Shown here piece by piece: positions 63,659-64,000 of a stretch of DNA of 64,000 nt (the first letter of the stretch is position 1; each line of letters starts with the position of its first letter). Under the pieces are notes generated by a model. It ran no database searches and had not been told where the DNA came from. It worked only from the letters and a program-made list of their open reading frames with translations. The position numbers were made by a program, and so were the translations under genes. Location: positions 186,001-250,000 of the IMG/VR virus record IMGVR_UViG_3300032240_001991; one strand, given 5' to 3'.

Positions 63659-64000
63659 ATGACATACATCTTAGTTGATACTGCGAACACATTTTTTAGA
63701 GCTCGTCACGTTGTTCGAGGAGAACTTAACGATAAGATTGGTATGAGTATTCATACTGTGTTAAGCAGCATCCGTAAAGCATGGAAAGATTTTGACGGTA
63801 AGCATATTGTTTTTTGCCTTGAAGGACGCAGTTGGCGTAAGGATATATATGCACCTTATAAACGACAACGGGCAGAATCTCAAGCAGCTCTGTCTCCTAA
63901 AGAAGCAGAAGAAGAAAGAGTGTTTTGGGAAACCTTTGATGAATTTAAGAATTTTATCAAAGATAAAACTAACTGCACAGTACTCCAGCATCCTCGACTT
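63659..64000 (+). CDS. rnh: T4 RNase H / 5'-3' exonuclease (partial, runs off window end)
   Basis: Hand translation MTYILVDTANTFFRARHV...FCLEGRSWRKDIYAPYKRQR. Confidence 0.85.
   Translation, partial: MTYILVDTANTFFRARHVVRGELNDKIGMSIHTVLSSIRKAWKDFDGKHIVFCLEGRSWRKDIYAPYKRQRAESQAALSPKEAEEERVFWETFDEFKNFIKDKTNCTVLQHPRL

Noticed and set aside
3310-63991. Numerous short minus-strand ORFs (e.g. 6113, 18649, 29162, 44669, 47190, 58606, 63761)
   Set aside because: All are antisense to well-supported + strand genes, with no RBS or motif; shadow ORFs.
1-64000. Stop-codon recoding or suppressor tRNA, as in some jumbo phages
   Set aside because: Recognisable genes are full length under the standard code; the 3920 loop reads UAU, not UUA/CUA, when the 5-bp stem is respected.

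Overview
AT-rich, gene-dense, almost entirely + strand segment of a jumbo T4-like (myovirus-type) bacteriophage genome. It carries a family B DNA polymerase, sliding clamp, clamp loader, RNase H, tail-fibre and baseplate genes, spanins, PhoH, ClpP/ClpA/DnaJ/GroES/Dps, 20 tRNAs with canonical anticodon loops and encoded CCA ends, a SAM/methylation and glycan-modification accessory set (AhcY, SpeD-like, FkbM x2, split HldE, UDP-GlcA decarboxylase, sulfotransferase), and a 7-deazaguanine DNA-modification pathway (FolE, QueD, QueE, DpdL-like, DpdA/TGT-like). Two systems stand out. (1) Bases 1-3807 hold an inner-membrane His-rich protein (partial), a TPR/beta-barrel porin and two secreted multiheme c-type cytochromes (4+1 and 7 heme motifs). 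This looks like a phage-borne porin-cytochrome electron-transfer conduit. (2) Inside the tRNA arrays is a twice-repeated RNA cassette (AGGATGC-CTACAGCAA ... GYATCCT). One copy encloses a complete, circularly permuted 72-nt tRNA-Asp(GUC) body; the other encloses a bare Gln(UUG)-like anticodon hairpin. Further candidate RNAs are an anticodon-less Leu-like tRNA, a long-V-arm tRNA-Ile(UAU), a riboswitch-like leader before queD, tandem covarying hairpins before the DNA polymerase and an H-type pseudoknot between tRNAs. All calls come from motifs read by eye; no database search was run.
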